Below the pieces are notes generated by a model. That model searched no databases and was not told where the DNA came from. It was given only the letters and a program-made list of their open reading frames with translations. A stretch of 64,000 nucleotides of DNA. Origin: an uncultured Desulfatitalea sp. (GTDB taxonomy: Bacteria > Desulfobacterota > Desulfobacteria > Desulfobacterales > Desulfosarcinaceae). A program made the translations under genes and the position numbers. The stretch is from NCBI GenBank assembly GCA_963668675.2, contig CAXXMB010000002.1, positions 2,784,001 through 2,848,000 on the forward strand. The letters run 5' to 3'. Positions 19,484 to 29,540 of the stretch are shown here, piece by piece (within the stretch, counting starts at the first letter, position 1; the number at the start of each line of letters is the position of its first letter).

Positions 19484-22400
19484 TCAGAAGACCACATCCA
19501 GATTCGTAGTCTGTCCGGCCTGTATCGTAAAAGGAAATCGCTTTTCGGGTTTTCCCTCTAATTTGTAGGCTTTGACGACAACTTCATAATGGCCCGGTTG
19601 CATTTTAATGGGTTTTTCTGCGTTTCCGGTTGCAAAGCGCCTGGATTCGCCGTCCAGGAAGAATGAAAGACCGCCCCGAGTGGATTGACCGCCGGAAGTG
19701 ACCTTTACATTGAGAATTCCTTCCTGGTACTCGACCCGCTGTTTCGAGGTCTGGGCCTGGACGACTTCAATGTCCTTCAGGACGATCTCCTTTTCAGGGA
19801 TGGCCTTGCGATAGACGACCTTCAGGTCGTAGTTGCCGGCATTCAGATTAATGACCCTGGGGTTGTCACTGGAGGTATCACTGCTGGTCACACGATTGGT
19901 CGTGCCGGCGTCAAAGACATAATAACCGGCAGATCCCTTTTTCCCATTGACCAGAACTTCGATGCTCAGCCGGCCTTCACCAAATTCCGCCTTTCGCTCT
20001 TCGGTTCGGCCGGGTTTGATTTCGATACCGTTGAAACGTTGTTTTGTTTCGGGCTTGGACCCCTTATAAACGACCTGGAGATCATAAGTGCCTGGGTTTA
20101 ATACCACAATCTTTGGATAGTCACTGGAGGTATCACCGCTGGTCACACGATTGGTCGTGCCGGCGTCAAAGACATAATAACCGGCAGACCCCTTTTTTCC
20201 ATTGACCAGAACTTCGATGCTCAGCCGGCCTTCACCGAACTCAACCCGCTTTTCAATCGTCTGTCCTGCCTCGATCCTGATATCGCTGAAACGGCGCTCC
20301 ATTTCCGGCCTGACTTTCTTATACAACACACGGAGATCGTAGATCCCAGGACCCAGAGCAAACGTCTTGGGATTGTCGCTGGAGGTATCGCCGGTGACCA
20401 GGGGTTGCTTCTCACCGGCACGATAGACGTAGAGACCGGCCGTCTCTTTTCGGCCCTCGGCCAAAACGGCCACGCTCAAACCTCCGCCGCTGAAGTCGAC
20501 GCTCTTTTCCGTGGTGGCACCCGCCGTAACCGTCACACCGGAAAGTGTCGCCTTCTGGGGAGGTCGCACCTCTCTATCCGTTATTGTCAGATCATAAACC
20601 CCCGGTTTCAATTTCGATCCCGTCAAAGCCGGTTCCGTAACCGAACGAACGCTCTTGACGGTCTTTTTCTCGCCTTGCGGGAAGATATCCACGCGAGCAG
20701 AGATGGGCTTTCCGCTTCGCAGTGCGGTGATTTTGAGGTAACCGAAACTCTGCGACTTTTTGACCGCCTCTTTGGCCGCCACACGGAATTCCTGGGCGGT
20801 TTTGGCGGTGAAGTATTGTCCGCCGCCTGCTTGGGCGATGCATTCGAGTTGGGCTTTTTCCTCTTCGCTGACATCGAAGCCGATCACATACATGGTGAAC
20901 CGGATGCCGGCCGCCTTGAGTTCCTTCACCAGCGCGCAAGGATCTCCCTCACACGTCTCCTTGCCGTCGCTGACGAGAATAATGGTGGTCTCCTCCTCTA
21001 TGCTTTTCAGCTTTTCGGACGTCTTTCGTATGGAGAGGGTGATGGGCGTTTTGCCCTTTGGGCCGATAGCCTTGATTTTGGCAATCAGGCTCTTCTTGTC
21101 GATCGGTTGCAACGACACCAGCTCTTCCACATCCTGGCAATCCCCCTTTCGGCGATGACCATAAGCCACGAGACCGGCATGGCTATCGTCGGGGAGATCA
21201 TTGATGAGATCCGTCAGAACCGCTTTGGCAATCGCGATTTTAGGCTGCCCCCCTATCTGTCCCCACATGGAGCCGGAGGCATCGAGGATAAAAATGATCG
21301 CCGCGGGTCCGTCGGTCAAAGAGTTCGTTTCGACTGTCGCTTTCCCCGTCGTTTTTTCTCCAGCACGTGTCTTGGTCGCACCGGTTCCCTCGATCTCCTG
21401 CGAACCCTTCTCCTTTAAGGGACTCTCTTTCCAGGAGGGCGGTGTGGCACCCTCTTTTTCCGGATATTCAAGGCGAACGTGAATGCCGCCGGCAACGACA
21501 TCGAAGCTCAGGGTCCCGATGCCCTTGTCCGCCGGATACTGCCAGGACATGCTCCGGCCGTTTTTGATGTCCAGATTATGCTCTTCGATCTTCTCCTTAT
21601 TTTGAAACGATCCTTTGTAGACGATCAATTTTACCCGGCTGTCGACACCGTCTTTTTTCTCATCCCTGACGACCAGCCGGAAAGGCCTGTCCGTATATGT
21701 GCGCAGATCTTTTCCGGACATTTTTTTGATGTATTCCTTTTTCAGAACGATGCCTTCCGGCGCCTCCTCCAGTTCCGTTCGAATGAGCGCCTTGCCCTCC
21801 CCGACGCGGATCACGATTTCATCGGCCTTCGCGATTGTCTCCTCTCGGGCAATGGCCAGCTTCTGGCCCTTACGGGAAACATTGAAGGTGCTCATAGATG
21901 GTTCAGTGACGGGGTTGCCGTCCTTAAAGGCCACGGCGGTAACGGCCGTTCGCCCTTCCACCAAATTTTCCCCTCGGACAATAATTTTGAATCCTTTTTT
22001 AATCGCGGCCTTTACTATCTCTCCTTTCGAAAGGGTTTTTTCAAAAGGAACCGCAAGAGTAGGGGCTTTGGGAACGTCTCCTGCCCATGAGGGAGGGTCA
22101 ATGGGCATGCGGTCCATCTTGACGTACCCTTCCGGGGGCCGAAACAAGTGTGCTTCTTGAGCGCCCTCCTCGATGTTGGTCAGTTCAGTGAAATCGCCCT
22201 CTTTAAGATGATTCACAATCTTGACGGGGAAGTCGAGCCTGTCAGCAAACCAGGCGGTCAGGAAATCTTTACCGGATGACTTCGTGAGCCGCCTGGTGCA
22301 TGGGTACCCATTGACCACCTCTTTGCCGATAATCTGGCTTCCATAATAAGATACCGAAATCTGGTAGGAGACAAAAGGATTGCTCATGGCGCTGCCGAAA

Positions 22401-22702
22401 TCATCGTTTTTCATCTCCAGGTAGATCTTTTTGGGATCCACCAATACCTTTGTGAGGCCAGCCTTATTGTCCACGATCACCACTGCGCGCTTGTCCCCTT
22501 TCACTAGTTCCATGCGATAGGTTTCGTCGCGAACGTAAATTTTTCCCTTGGCGGCCTTACCGTTTGTCACGGCCGTCATGTCGGCGGAAAATTGTGCCGC
22601 ACCAACGAGAGAAGGGGCTGCAAAACCGATTATTGCAAGTAGGCATATACCGAAAAACAATTCTGCGGGCAGGTGTTTGAGCATGATTTTCTTCTTAACC
22701 AT
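19484..22702 (-). CDS. Large secreted protein: DUF4412-like domain + VWA domain + tandem ~85-aa beta-rich repeats
   Basis: Signal peptide; MIDAS DASGSM, LVSDGKETC; C-terminal repeats GxLSIEVLVNGKK...PGxYDL. Confidence 0.8.
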   Translation of the reverse strand: MVKKKIMLKHLPAELFFGICLLAIIGFAAPSLVGAAQFSADMTAVTNGKAAKGKIYVRDETYRMELVKGDKRAVVIVDNKAGLTKVLVDPKKIYLEMKNDDFGSAMSNPFVSYQISVSYYGSQIIGKEVVNGYPCTRRLTKSSGKDFLTAWFADRLDFPVKIVNHLKEGDFTELTNIEEGAQEAHLFRPPEGYVKMDRMPIDPPSWAGDVPKAPTLAVPFEKTLSKGEIVKAAIKKGFKIIVRGENLVEGRTAVTAVAFKDGNPVTEPSMSTFNVSRKGQKLAIAREETIAKADEIVIRVGEGKALIRTELEEAPEGIVLKKEYIKKMSGKDLRTYTDRPFRLVVRDEKKDGVDSRVKLIVYKGSFQNKEKIEEHNLDIKNGRSMSWQYPADKGIGTLSFDVVAGGIHVRLEYPEKEGATPPSWKESPLKEKGSQEIEGTGATKTRAGEKTTGKATVETNSLTDGPAAIIFILDASGSMWGQIGGQPKIAIAKAVLTDLINDLPDDSHAGLVAYGHRRKGDCQDVEELVSLQPIDKKSLIAKIKAIGPKGKTPITLSIRKTSEKLKSIEEETTIILVSDGKETCEGDPCALVKELKAAGIRFTMYVIGFDVSEEEKAQLECIAQAGGGQYFTAKTAQEFRVAAKEAVKKSQSFGYLKITALRSGKPISARVDIFPQGEKKTVKSVRSVTEPALTGSKLKPGVYDLTITDREVRPPQKATLSGVTVTAGATTEKSVDFSGGGLSVAVLAEGRKETAGLYVYRAGEKQPLVTGDTSSDNPKTFALGPGIYDLRVLYKKVRPEMERRFSDIRIEAGQTIEKRVEFGEGRLSIEVLVNGKKGSAGYYVFDAGTTNRVTSGDTSSDYPKIVVLNPGTYDLQVVYKGSKPETKQRFNGIEIKPGRTEERKAEFGEGRLSIEVLVNGKKGSAGYYVFDAGTTNRVTSSDTSSDNPRVINLNAGNYDLKVVYRKAIPEKEIVLKDIEVVQAQTSKQRVEYQEGILNVKVTSGGQSTRGGLSFFLDGESRRFATGNAEKPIKMQPGHYEVVVKAYKLEGKPEKRFPFTIQAGQTTNLDVVF

Positions 22703-23261
22703 GATCATCTCCTTTGCTCGTCTTTGGCCGTGAACGGCCATTAGAGAATAGCGTTCAGAAACGGCCTTGGCCCTGTAGAGGATCAGTCTATGTGTGTCGC
22801 TGTCGCCAATCTCCGGAAAAACCCCTTTGGAAGACACCGGGATGGGGTTGTTTGCCGTTTTGAAGCCCGTGCCTCACTCCCGGTGAAATTCAAATTCATC
22901 ATCGATTTGTCGCCGCTCGTATTTTTTCGGGAATCGTTACTCCGCAGCGGACGCTGACCATGGTGGGGCAGACGGCGACAATGATTTGATTTAACGGGTG
23001 CTTTTAGAAAATGGGTTCAACGAATCATCAAGGCTATTCTAATTGATTCACAGGGCCCTTGTAAAGGATCGTATCGGCGTACCGAAGCGTCCACCCGGGG
23101 CCGGCTACTTTCGATTGTGTCCGTCTTGAGACCCTTTGAGACAAGTTTAGGCTTTTATTAAAGGACACTTTCCCTCAGCGTTGCCGGTTTAATCAACTCA
23201 TCACGTATCAAAGGAACCAGGAAGAAAGGTGCGAAGAACAAAATGCGGTGGCATCCTGAAT

Positions 23262-23411
23262 TTATTAACCCGGCAATTAATTACCTTAGCAATCGTCATT
23301 CCGGCACAGGTCGGGCACGAAGTGAAGCGTCAGCGCTATCCAGACCGTTCCTGGATCCCGGATCAAGTCCGGGATGACAAGGGTTGGCCTATTTAATTGC
23401 CGGTTTAATAA
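23262..23411. repeat. REP/MITE-like palindromic element, full copy 2
   Basis: 19-bp terminal IR TTATTAACCCGGCAATTAA / TTAATTGCCGGTTTAATAA (1 mismatch), with inner GTCATTCCGG...CCGGATCAAGTCCGGGATGAC. Confidence 0.8.
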
Positions 23412-23450
23412 GTTGTTCAGCATAGAGCCTTTTAGTGGATTTAGATCCGC

Positions 23451-23482
23451 TTCACGGGATGGAAACAGTTCCATCCCGTGAA
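23451..23482. repeat. Perfect 14-bp hairpin of unknown role
   Basis: TTCACGGGATGGAA-ACAG-TTCCATCCCGTGAA, with no U-tract. Confidence 0.6.
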
Positions 23483-23625
23483 CCCGTATGGGGTGATGCC
23501 TGGATTTGAAGCATCGACAGGATTTTGAGACTCAAGACAGCCGTTCCACATTGACACTTGCCAGTGATTTCAATTTTCATTATAGAGACGCTTGTTTTAT
23601 CTCTTATTGCAGAGGGGTTCAAAAC

Positions 23626-24318
23626 TTGCTCGGCACAATTGTCAACACATTAAGCATTATCGCTGGCACCTTGATCGGATTGCTTTTCAGGGGAAGTATC
23701 CCTGAGAAATACAGTCAAACCATCAAGCACGCCATTGGACTCGCAGTTGTTCTGATCGGTATTCGATCGGCGCTTATGACCGATGCGATTCTGGTGGTCA
23801 TCATCAGTCTTGCCGTGGGCAGTCTGCTTGGAGAGCTGCTTCGAATTGAAGAGCGGCTGGATCAACTCGGCACTTGGATCGGAAGGCGGGTTTCGAAAGA
23901 GGGTGATGGCATTTCCAAAGCATTTGTCAGTACGAGCCTTCTATACTGTGTGGGCGCAATGGCGATCATCGGATCGATGGAGAGCGGCCTGACGGGAAAC
24001 CACCAGACGCTTTTCGCCAAATCCATCCTTGACGGCATCGGATCGGTGCTGTTTGCATCGACATTAGGCATCGGTGTTCTTTTCTCCTCCGTCTCTGTAT
24101 TTATCTATCAGGGGCTTCTTACCGTAACCGCATCTTCGATGAAACCCTTCTTGTTGCCCGAGGTGGTTTCCCAAATGTCGTCCGTCGGAGGTCTCCTTAT
24201 TTTTGCCATTGGCATCGGTCTGTTGGAGATTAAACGGATCAAAATTGGCAACATGCTTCCAGCCATATTCATTCCGCTTGTCTACCAGGTAGCAAAATAT
24301 GTTTATGGGATGCTGTAA
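23626..24318 (+). CDS. DUF554 (YdfK-like) membrane protein
   Basis: MLGTIVN start (TTG), SLLYCVGAMAIIGS, LFAKSILDG, NMLPA. Confidence 0.85.
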   Translation: MLGTIVNTLSIIAGTLIGLLFRGSIPEKYSQTIKHAIGLAVVLIGIRSALMTDAILVVIISLAVGSLLGELLRIEERLDQLGTWIGRRVSKEGDGISKAFVSTSLLYCVGAMAIIGSMESGLTGNHQTLFAKSILDGIGSVLFASTLGIGVLFSSVSVFIYQGLLTVTASSMKPFLLPEVVSQMSSVGGLLIFAIGIGLLEIKRIKIGNMLPAIFIPLVYQVAKYVYGML

Positions 24319-24333
24319 AATGCCAGCGGGACG

Positions 24334-24450
24334 TTATTAGCCCGGCAACCACAAACAACAACAAATGTCATTCCGGCGAAAACCGGAATCCGTGCGCCTG
24401 GATCCCGAATCAAGTCCCGGGATGACGGAGGTTGGCCTCTTTACTTGCCT
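24334..24450. repeat. REP/MITE-like palindromic element, copy 3
   Basis: TTATTAGCCCGGCAA...GTCATTCCGGCGAAAACCGGAATCC...CCCGAATCAAGTCCCGGGATGAC...GGTTGGCCT. Confidence 0.75.
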
Positions 24451-24479
24451 CTGGCTCCGCACCGCTCCTGGTTAGCGAA

Positions 24480-24794
24480 TTCAAGCGCATCATTATCACC
24501 GGAGGGGAAAATGTTTCGGCCAAAGAGGTGGAAACGGTGATCAATCTGCTCGAAGGGGTTCAGGAATCTGCGGTTGTGGGCATATCGGACCCCAAATGGG
24601 GTGAAACGGTCGTGGCGGCAGTTCAGCTCAAATCTGGATGCGAGATAGCTGCAGAGACCATTTCAGCTTTTTGCCGAGAGCGCCTGCACAATTGGAAGTG
24701 TCCCAAGCAGATATTTTTTATTGAAGAGATTCCCCGCAATACGATGGGCAAAATCCTCAAAGAGGAAGTAAAAAGAGTATTTATGCAGCAGTAA
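24480..24794 (+). pseudogene. C-terminal fragment of an acyl-CoA synthetase (AMP-binding C domain only)
   Basis: KRIIITGGENV...EVE...DPKWGE...PRNTMGKILK; the adenylation domain and a credible start are missing. Confidence 0.75.
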
Positions 24795-26238
24795 AGGTAG
24801 ATTGGCGCGTCGCCATTTTGCGCGCCAGCGCAACGACACGCTCGGCACCGCCGTTCGCCTGGTACGATCTGATGATTTGCAGTTTCTCCGCCTCCAATGA
24901 CCCTTCCGCATGAATCGCCAGGACCTCTTGATAGGCCCCATACTCGGAGGCTGTCAGATCGCGGATGAAGTTCATCATGGCCATGCGCTGCTCTGCGCTT
25001 ACACCCTCGCGGCCGACCAAATACTTCTGCAGGTATCTTCGCGTCTCTTCGGTGGTCCAGTCTTCGTCCCCGGGGCCGGTTACCAGTATGCCGCCCGCAA
25101 GCTCCTGCAGATGCTGTACCGCTTCATGGTAGCCGTGCGCAAAGTGGCTTTTGGCGATGTTGACTGTCATCGGATCGGGGGCGACTTGACCGTTGGCTTT
25201 GGCCACACACCGTTTCGCTGCCGTCTGGGTCAGTGCGCGCAACGTTTCGGCGTAAGCAACGAGCTTGATCAGTTTCTCGCGAACGTGGGAGGCCTTCATA
25301 ATACCGTTATAATCCGCAATCGTCACCGCTGCGCCCACGATGGCGTCCACCAGGGGCAGTTTGTAAGAAACGGCGGTAAACCGATGGTACTCGACAAATG
25401 TCAGCGCCAGCGCTCCGGCCAGCGCCGTATCGCCATCCAGAAAAATCCGTTCGTTGGGCACGAAGACGTCATCGAAGACGGTCATGGTCTCCATCATCTT
25501 GTGACGGGCACTGATCGGCTGCTCACCTGGCCGGCTTTTTCCGTCGCCGAAGGGACTCGCCAGGAGCTTCACGCCGGGCGTGTTGGCCGGAACCGCAAAG
25601 GCAACACTCCAGTCCGCCTCTTGGGTGCCCATGGCGCGTGTGGGCAGCACAATGATGTCGTTGGCGTTCGGTGCCACTGAGGTGTGGATCTTGGCGCCGC
25701 GAACGACAATGCCATCCGAACGGCGCTCAACAACGCGCAGATAGAGGTCCGGGTCCGCCTGCTCCGAGGGGCGTTTCACCCGATCGCCCTTGACGTCCGT
25801 CTGCGCCGTGGCGAGCGCCAGATCGTTGTCGCGACAATACGCGTGGTAGGCGCGTACCCGTTGATGGTATACCGGATCATTCATCCCGGCGGTGACCGCA
25901 AGCAGGGCGAACAGGGCATCCGTTCCGATCTCCTTGATCAGCACGACGAGGGTATCGCCCTCAGCCGTTGCCGCCTCGATGAGGCGTGACCTCAACAGCA
26001 GGTCTTCTGCATTTTGCGGTATCTTGTAGTAGCGGCTGTATTCCTTTTCATTTTCGGTGACAACGGCCAATTCCCGGTATGTTTCGTCTTCCGCCATTTG
26101 AAAATCGATCGAGGCGTGCCGAACCGCTTTCCCGATGACCGGGTGCGAGGTGACATCCGGCACGCGCTCGCCCCTGAACCAGACCTCGCGGTCATCGCGG
26201 AGCGATTCCACATATTCGGCAACTGTTCTTAAGGCCAT
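24781..26238 (-). CDS. 4-hydroxyphenylacetate 3-hydroxylase / 4-hydroxybutyryl-CoA dehydratase family flavoprotein
   Basis: AQTDVKGDR, DGIVVRGAKIH, VFDDVFVPNERIF, HAEGS; GGAGG RBS. Confidence 0.85.
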   Translation of the reverse strand: MALRTVAEYVESLRDDREVWFRGERVPDVTSHPVIGKAVRHASIDFQMAEDETYRELAVVTENEKEYSRYYKIPQNAEDLLLRSRLIEAATAEGDTLVVLIKEIGTDALFALLAVTAGMNDPVYHQRVRAYHAYCRDNDLALATAQTDVKGDRVKRPSEQADPDLYLRVVERRSDGIVVRGAKIHTSVAPNANDIIVLPTRAMGTQEADWSVAFAVPANTPGVKLLASPFGDGKSRPGEQPISARHKMMETMTVFDDVFVPNERIFLDGDTALAGALALTFVEYHRFTAVSYKLPLVDAIVGAAVTIADYNGIMKASHVREKLIKLVAYAETLRALTQTAAKRCVAKANGQVAPDPMTVNIAKSHFAHGYHEAVQHLQELAGGILVTGPGDEDWTTEETRRYLQKYLVGREGVSAEQRMAMMNFIRDLTASEYGAYQEVLAIHAEGSLEAEKLQIIRSYQANGGAERVVALARKMATRQSTFTAA

Positions 26239-26544
26239 GGCATTTTCCTCCTGACTGTTTTGGCTTGGATTCTGCCTAAGCGTCAAGCGGGGTATAAATC
26301 AACGTAAGGCACGGCCCTCATGTGTCAATCAAGGCCACAATGATTCGGTAATATAGCTGAAAGGAGAGTCGGCCACGCGTGCTGAAACTACGTTTGCGAA
26401 AAAGCGGCGAACCTTGCTATACTTTAGCGATAAATTGAAATGCCGGGGCAGATTTGCACTTTTCTGTTTCGGTGGAAGTAAAGGGGGACTTGCCCCTTTC
26501 GTGGGTAGAAAAAAAAATTTAAAGGAGTTACCCAAAAAACCTTT

Positions 26545-27606
26545 ATGATGCGTTTTAACGTCCCATTTATCCTTGATGAGCAGTACATCGACGATCTGAA
26601 ACGGCTCGAGAGCAGATTGTATGCGGTCCACTTCAGCTTGCATCAACCCGTGCTGGCCGATGCCCGTGTTCGTCTCCATACCCAGGGCCTGCAGCCTTTA
26701 ATCAATGGGCTGCAACAGATTCCCGGGGTAAAAAAATATCTGCTGGCCAACGCCCGCTTCCAATCGGCCGAAAACTATCGGGCCGGAGGCGCCCTGTCAC
26801 GTTTAATCGCTTGCCTGGAGCAGTTGATGGCCGGAGGTGTTCTTCACGGTATCATTTTCTCTGATGGATACTTTTTAAGGGCCCTTTCCGATGCAGCGCC
26901 GCACTTGGCGGCCCGATTGGAAGCCATACCCAGCATTAACTTCATGATCGATTCGGCTGAACGGTTGGAAGCGGTTATGGCGATCCTAAACGGCAGTCGT
27001 TTTCTTCCGCCGGACAAGATCCCCCTGGACCGCGCATTGAATCGGCGTCCGGAGTCACTTCGAGATCTGGCTGCCGTCATTCGCGAGCGCTATCCAGAGA
27101 CGCACGTCGAGTTGCTGGCCAACGAAGGCTGCCTCAATCACTGTGCTTTCCGGGGTACACACGAAGCGCTCATCGCAGCCGCCAACGTTGGGGCGCCCAT
27201 CGATACGTTTCGATTGAACCGCGATCTCGGGTGCGTCCGCATCTTGTCCGAAACACCCCATTGCGTTCTATCCTCCCCCTTTATCCGGCCGGAAGATCTT
27301 TCACGCTATGCCGATGCTACCGATATTATTAAAATTTGCGGCCGCACCCTGGGCAGCAGGTTTCTGCGGCGCGCGGTGGCGGCTTATGCTGCCGAACGAT
27401 ACGAGGGCAATCTTCTGGACCTGCTCGATGCGGCCAACTGGATGACTCAACACTGGGATCTGCCCAACAGCAAACTGCCGGAGGGACTGATAGAACGACT
27501 TACCACCTGCGATCAAAACTGCAGCGCATGTACGGTCTGCCGCGAGCTGTTTCAGCAACACGCCCGCGCGCTGGCGGTGAACCTGCAAACATTCGAACGG
27601 ACGTGA
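26545..27606 (+). CDS. U32 peptidase-like Fe-S protein
   Basis: LDRALNR, LLANEGCLNHC, FIRPED, KICGR, C-terminal CDQNCSACTVC. Confidence 0.7.
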   Translation: MMRFNVPFILDEQYIDDLKRLESRLYAVHFSLHQPVLADARVRLHTQGLQPLINGLQQIPGVKKYLLANARFQSAENYRAGGALSRLIACLEQLMAGGVLHGIIFSDGYFLRALSDAAPHLAARLEAIPSINFMIDSAERLEAVMAILNGSRFLPPDKIPLDRALNRRPESLRDLAAVIRERYPETHVELLANEGCLNHCAFRGTHEALIAAANVGAPIDTFRLNRDLGCVRILSETPHCVLSSPFIRPEDLSRYADATDIIKICGRTLGSRFLRRAVAAYAAERYEGNLLDLLDAANWMTQHWDLPNSKLPEGLIERLTTCDQNCSACTVCRELFQQHARALAVNLQTFERT

Positions 27607-27707
27607 TCCAGCAATTTACGATATAAAATGCAGTTTCAGGATCTGATCGGCCCTTTTCCGCTCCATTGAGATACGCCGGATATTTTTTTATGCACGGTCC
27701 CTAAAGG

Positions 27708-28226
27708 TCAGGGCTTTTTCACCTCTTTCGCCTGAGCCTCTAAAATAATCTCTGTGGTCATCCTGGCCACTTCGCCAACGAGGGTCGAGCAGGTGTCCAG
27801 CATACCTGCCTTGACGGCGGCCTTCATCTCCTCCGGATCATACAGATTGTAAAAGCGTCCAAAGAACGATTTCTGCAAATCGACACATCGGCACGTGCCG
27901 TACTTTTCGATAAACCGGTCATGCAGTTTTTTCGAGAGCAAATTGGCTTTGACCAGCTTCATCATATCGCCGAAATCTTCTTTCGTCCGACCGAAAAAGT
28001 AGCCGATGGCAAGGACGCCGCCGGATAGCGCACCGCAGTGACCGTCGCCAGTCAGGCCGACACCGTCTGCCAGACCCGTAGCAGCCTTGAAAATATCATT
28101 ATTCTCAACGCCGAGGGCATCGAAAATGCCCGCCAAGGAGCATTGGGAGCACCCGCCGCTTCGCATCTCATACTGTTTCGCCTTGTTAAATGCCAATTCC
28201 GAAATTTCAGCACGATCCACTACCAT
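27708..28226 (-). CDS. C-GCAxxG-C-C family redox protein
   Basis: CSQC, GHCGALSGG, CRC and a distal C. Confidence 0.85.
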   Translation of the reverse strand: MVVDRAEISELAFNKAKQYEMRSGGCSQCSLAGIFDALGVENNDIFKAATGLADGVGLTGDGHCGALSGGVLAIGYFFGRTKEDFGDMMKLVKANLLSKKLHDRFIEKYGTCRCVDLQKSFFGRFYNLYDPEEMKAAVKAGMLDTCSTLVGEVARMTTEIILEAQAKEVKKP

Positions 28227-28305
28227 AGCAACATCTCCTTCTTGATTTATGGGCCGTCACCGGACCGACAACCTTGACCATCCGCTCAAAGGGCCTTGGT
28301 CTTGT

Positions 28306-28599
28306 TTACAACTTCGACTCCACAGAGGCAACCTTACTGTTCATCCCACTGGTGCGATTTTTCCGGTAGTCGGCTTTCATCGTAAGGTAGACGCGGTCAC
28401 AATCTTTTTGCAATGCGCGAAAGCACTGATCGACGACGTCGAGAACCGCGGGCCAGTCACCCTCGATGCAGGTTCCCATGGGATTCAACGCATAGGGGAG
28501 CCCGCTGCTTTCGATGACCTTGATAATCCTGGCAACATAGGCACTGACGCTCATGCCCTTATCGGTGGGAAAGATGGAAAGTTCTACGATTACACTCAT
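28306..28599 (-). CDS. MTH1187/YqgV family thiamine-binding protein
   Basis: SIFP...SVSAYVA...LNPMGTCIEG...KVASV. Confidence 0.85.
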   Translation of the reverse strand: MSVIVELSIFPTDKGMSVSAYVARIIKVIESSGLPYALNPMGTCIEGDWPAVLDVVDQCFRALQKDCDRVYLTMKADYRKNRTSGMNSKVASVESKL

Positions 28600-28676
28600 C
28601 GGGGACCTCACTTCCTGTTTCGTAGTGGATTCGCCACTACTTCACGCCCTTCCTGCGGATATGTTTCCATATCAAA

Positions 28677-29303
28677 TCAAGTGCAGACATAGATTTTTGA
28701 TTTGCCTGTAACCGTTGTGGCTTTTGTAACCTTGGTGAAATGCTGTTCGAGAAAATGCTTCTCGTGTTTCAAAATCTGTATGGCTCTCTCCCGACCCATT
28801 GACATAAGGCGGACATAGAAGAGCAGTCGCACGAACCGATTTTCCGGCACTTCATGCTCCATCATCAAAAACGGCTTTCCCGGCTGGAGGCACCGCTTGA
28901 CCTCCTCAAGGGTATTGGCCTGTGTGGCTTCCTGCAGTTCATAAAAGGCATGGGAGCAGGTGACGGCAGCAAAAATGCCTTTCTTGAACGGCAGCCGGCT
29001 GCAATCCGCCTGGACCAGACAAACCCGGACATTGCCTCGCGGTTTTTTCCTCGCTGCCTTGAGCATTCCCGACGAAAAATCGAGCCCCACAACCAAGCCA
29101 GTGTCGCCGATCCGATCAGCCAGCGGCCGAAGCGCCGCCCCGGTGCCCGTGCAGATGTCGAGCACCATATCCCCCGGTTCAGCGCCTGTGTGTCCGGCAA
29201 GAGTGTCACGCAAAACGTTTCGTTTGTCGGTAGCGTGCATGGCGACAAAATGGTCATAGAATTTCGAAAACAGGTCATAGTATTTTTGTCTGAATTTGCG
29301 CAT
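28677..29303 (-). CDS. Class I SAM-dependent methyltransferase (UbiE-like)
   Basis: VLDICTGTG, GLDFSSGML, LPF; start uncertain. Confidence 0.8.
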   Translation of the reverse strand: MRKFRQKYYDLFSKFYDHFVAMHATDKRNVLRDTLAGHTGAEPGDMVLDICTGTGAALRPLADRIGDTGLVVGLDFSSGMLKAARKKPRGNVRVCLVQADCSRLPFKKGIFAAVTCSHAFYELQEATQANTLEEVKRCLQPGKPFLMMEHEVPENRFVRLLFYVRLMSMGRERAIQILKHEKHFLEQHFTKVTKATTVTGKSKIYVCT

Positions 29304-29540
29304 AGCGAATAGTTCCTCGCGCATCTCGATGTTTCGATGGTTCACCCGGAAATGGGATGTTGCGCATTTACATGCTTTCAATACCCCGTTCTGTGGTAAT
29401 TGCGCAACTTTGTTCCTGAATTTTTCCGGTTATTGCATTGCTGGTAAAGATTCATATTGTGTTTGGCAAAAACAGGAGATGAAGAGGTCACCGGGCGGTG
29501 AACGCCTGAATCGCTCTCAAGTCAGAAAGGTGGAAAAACC

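Noticed and set aside
23286..23474. 62-aa ORF containing VIPDLIRDP (likewise the end of the 4702-5394 ORF)
   Set aside because: It is a translation of the palindromic repeat
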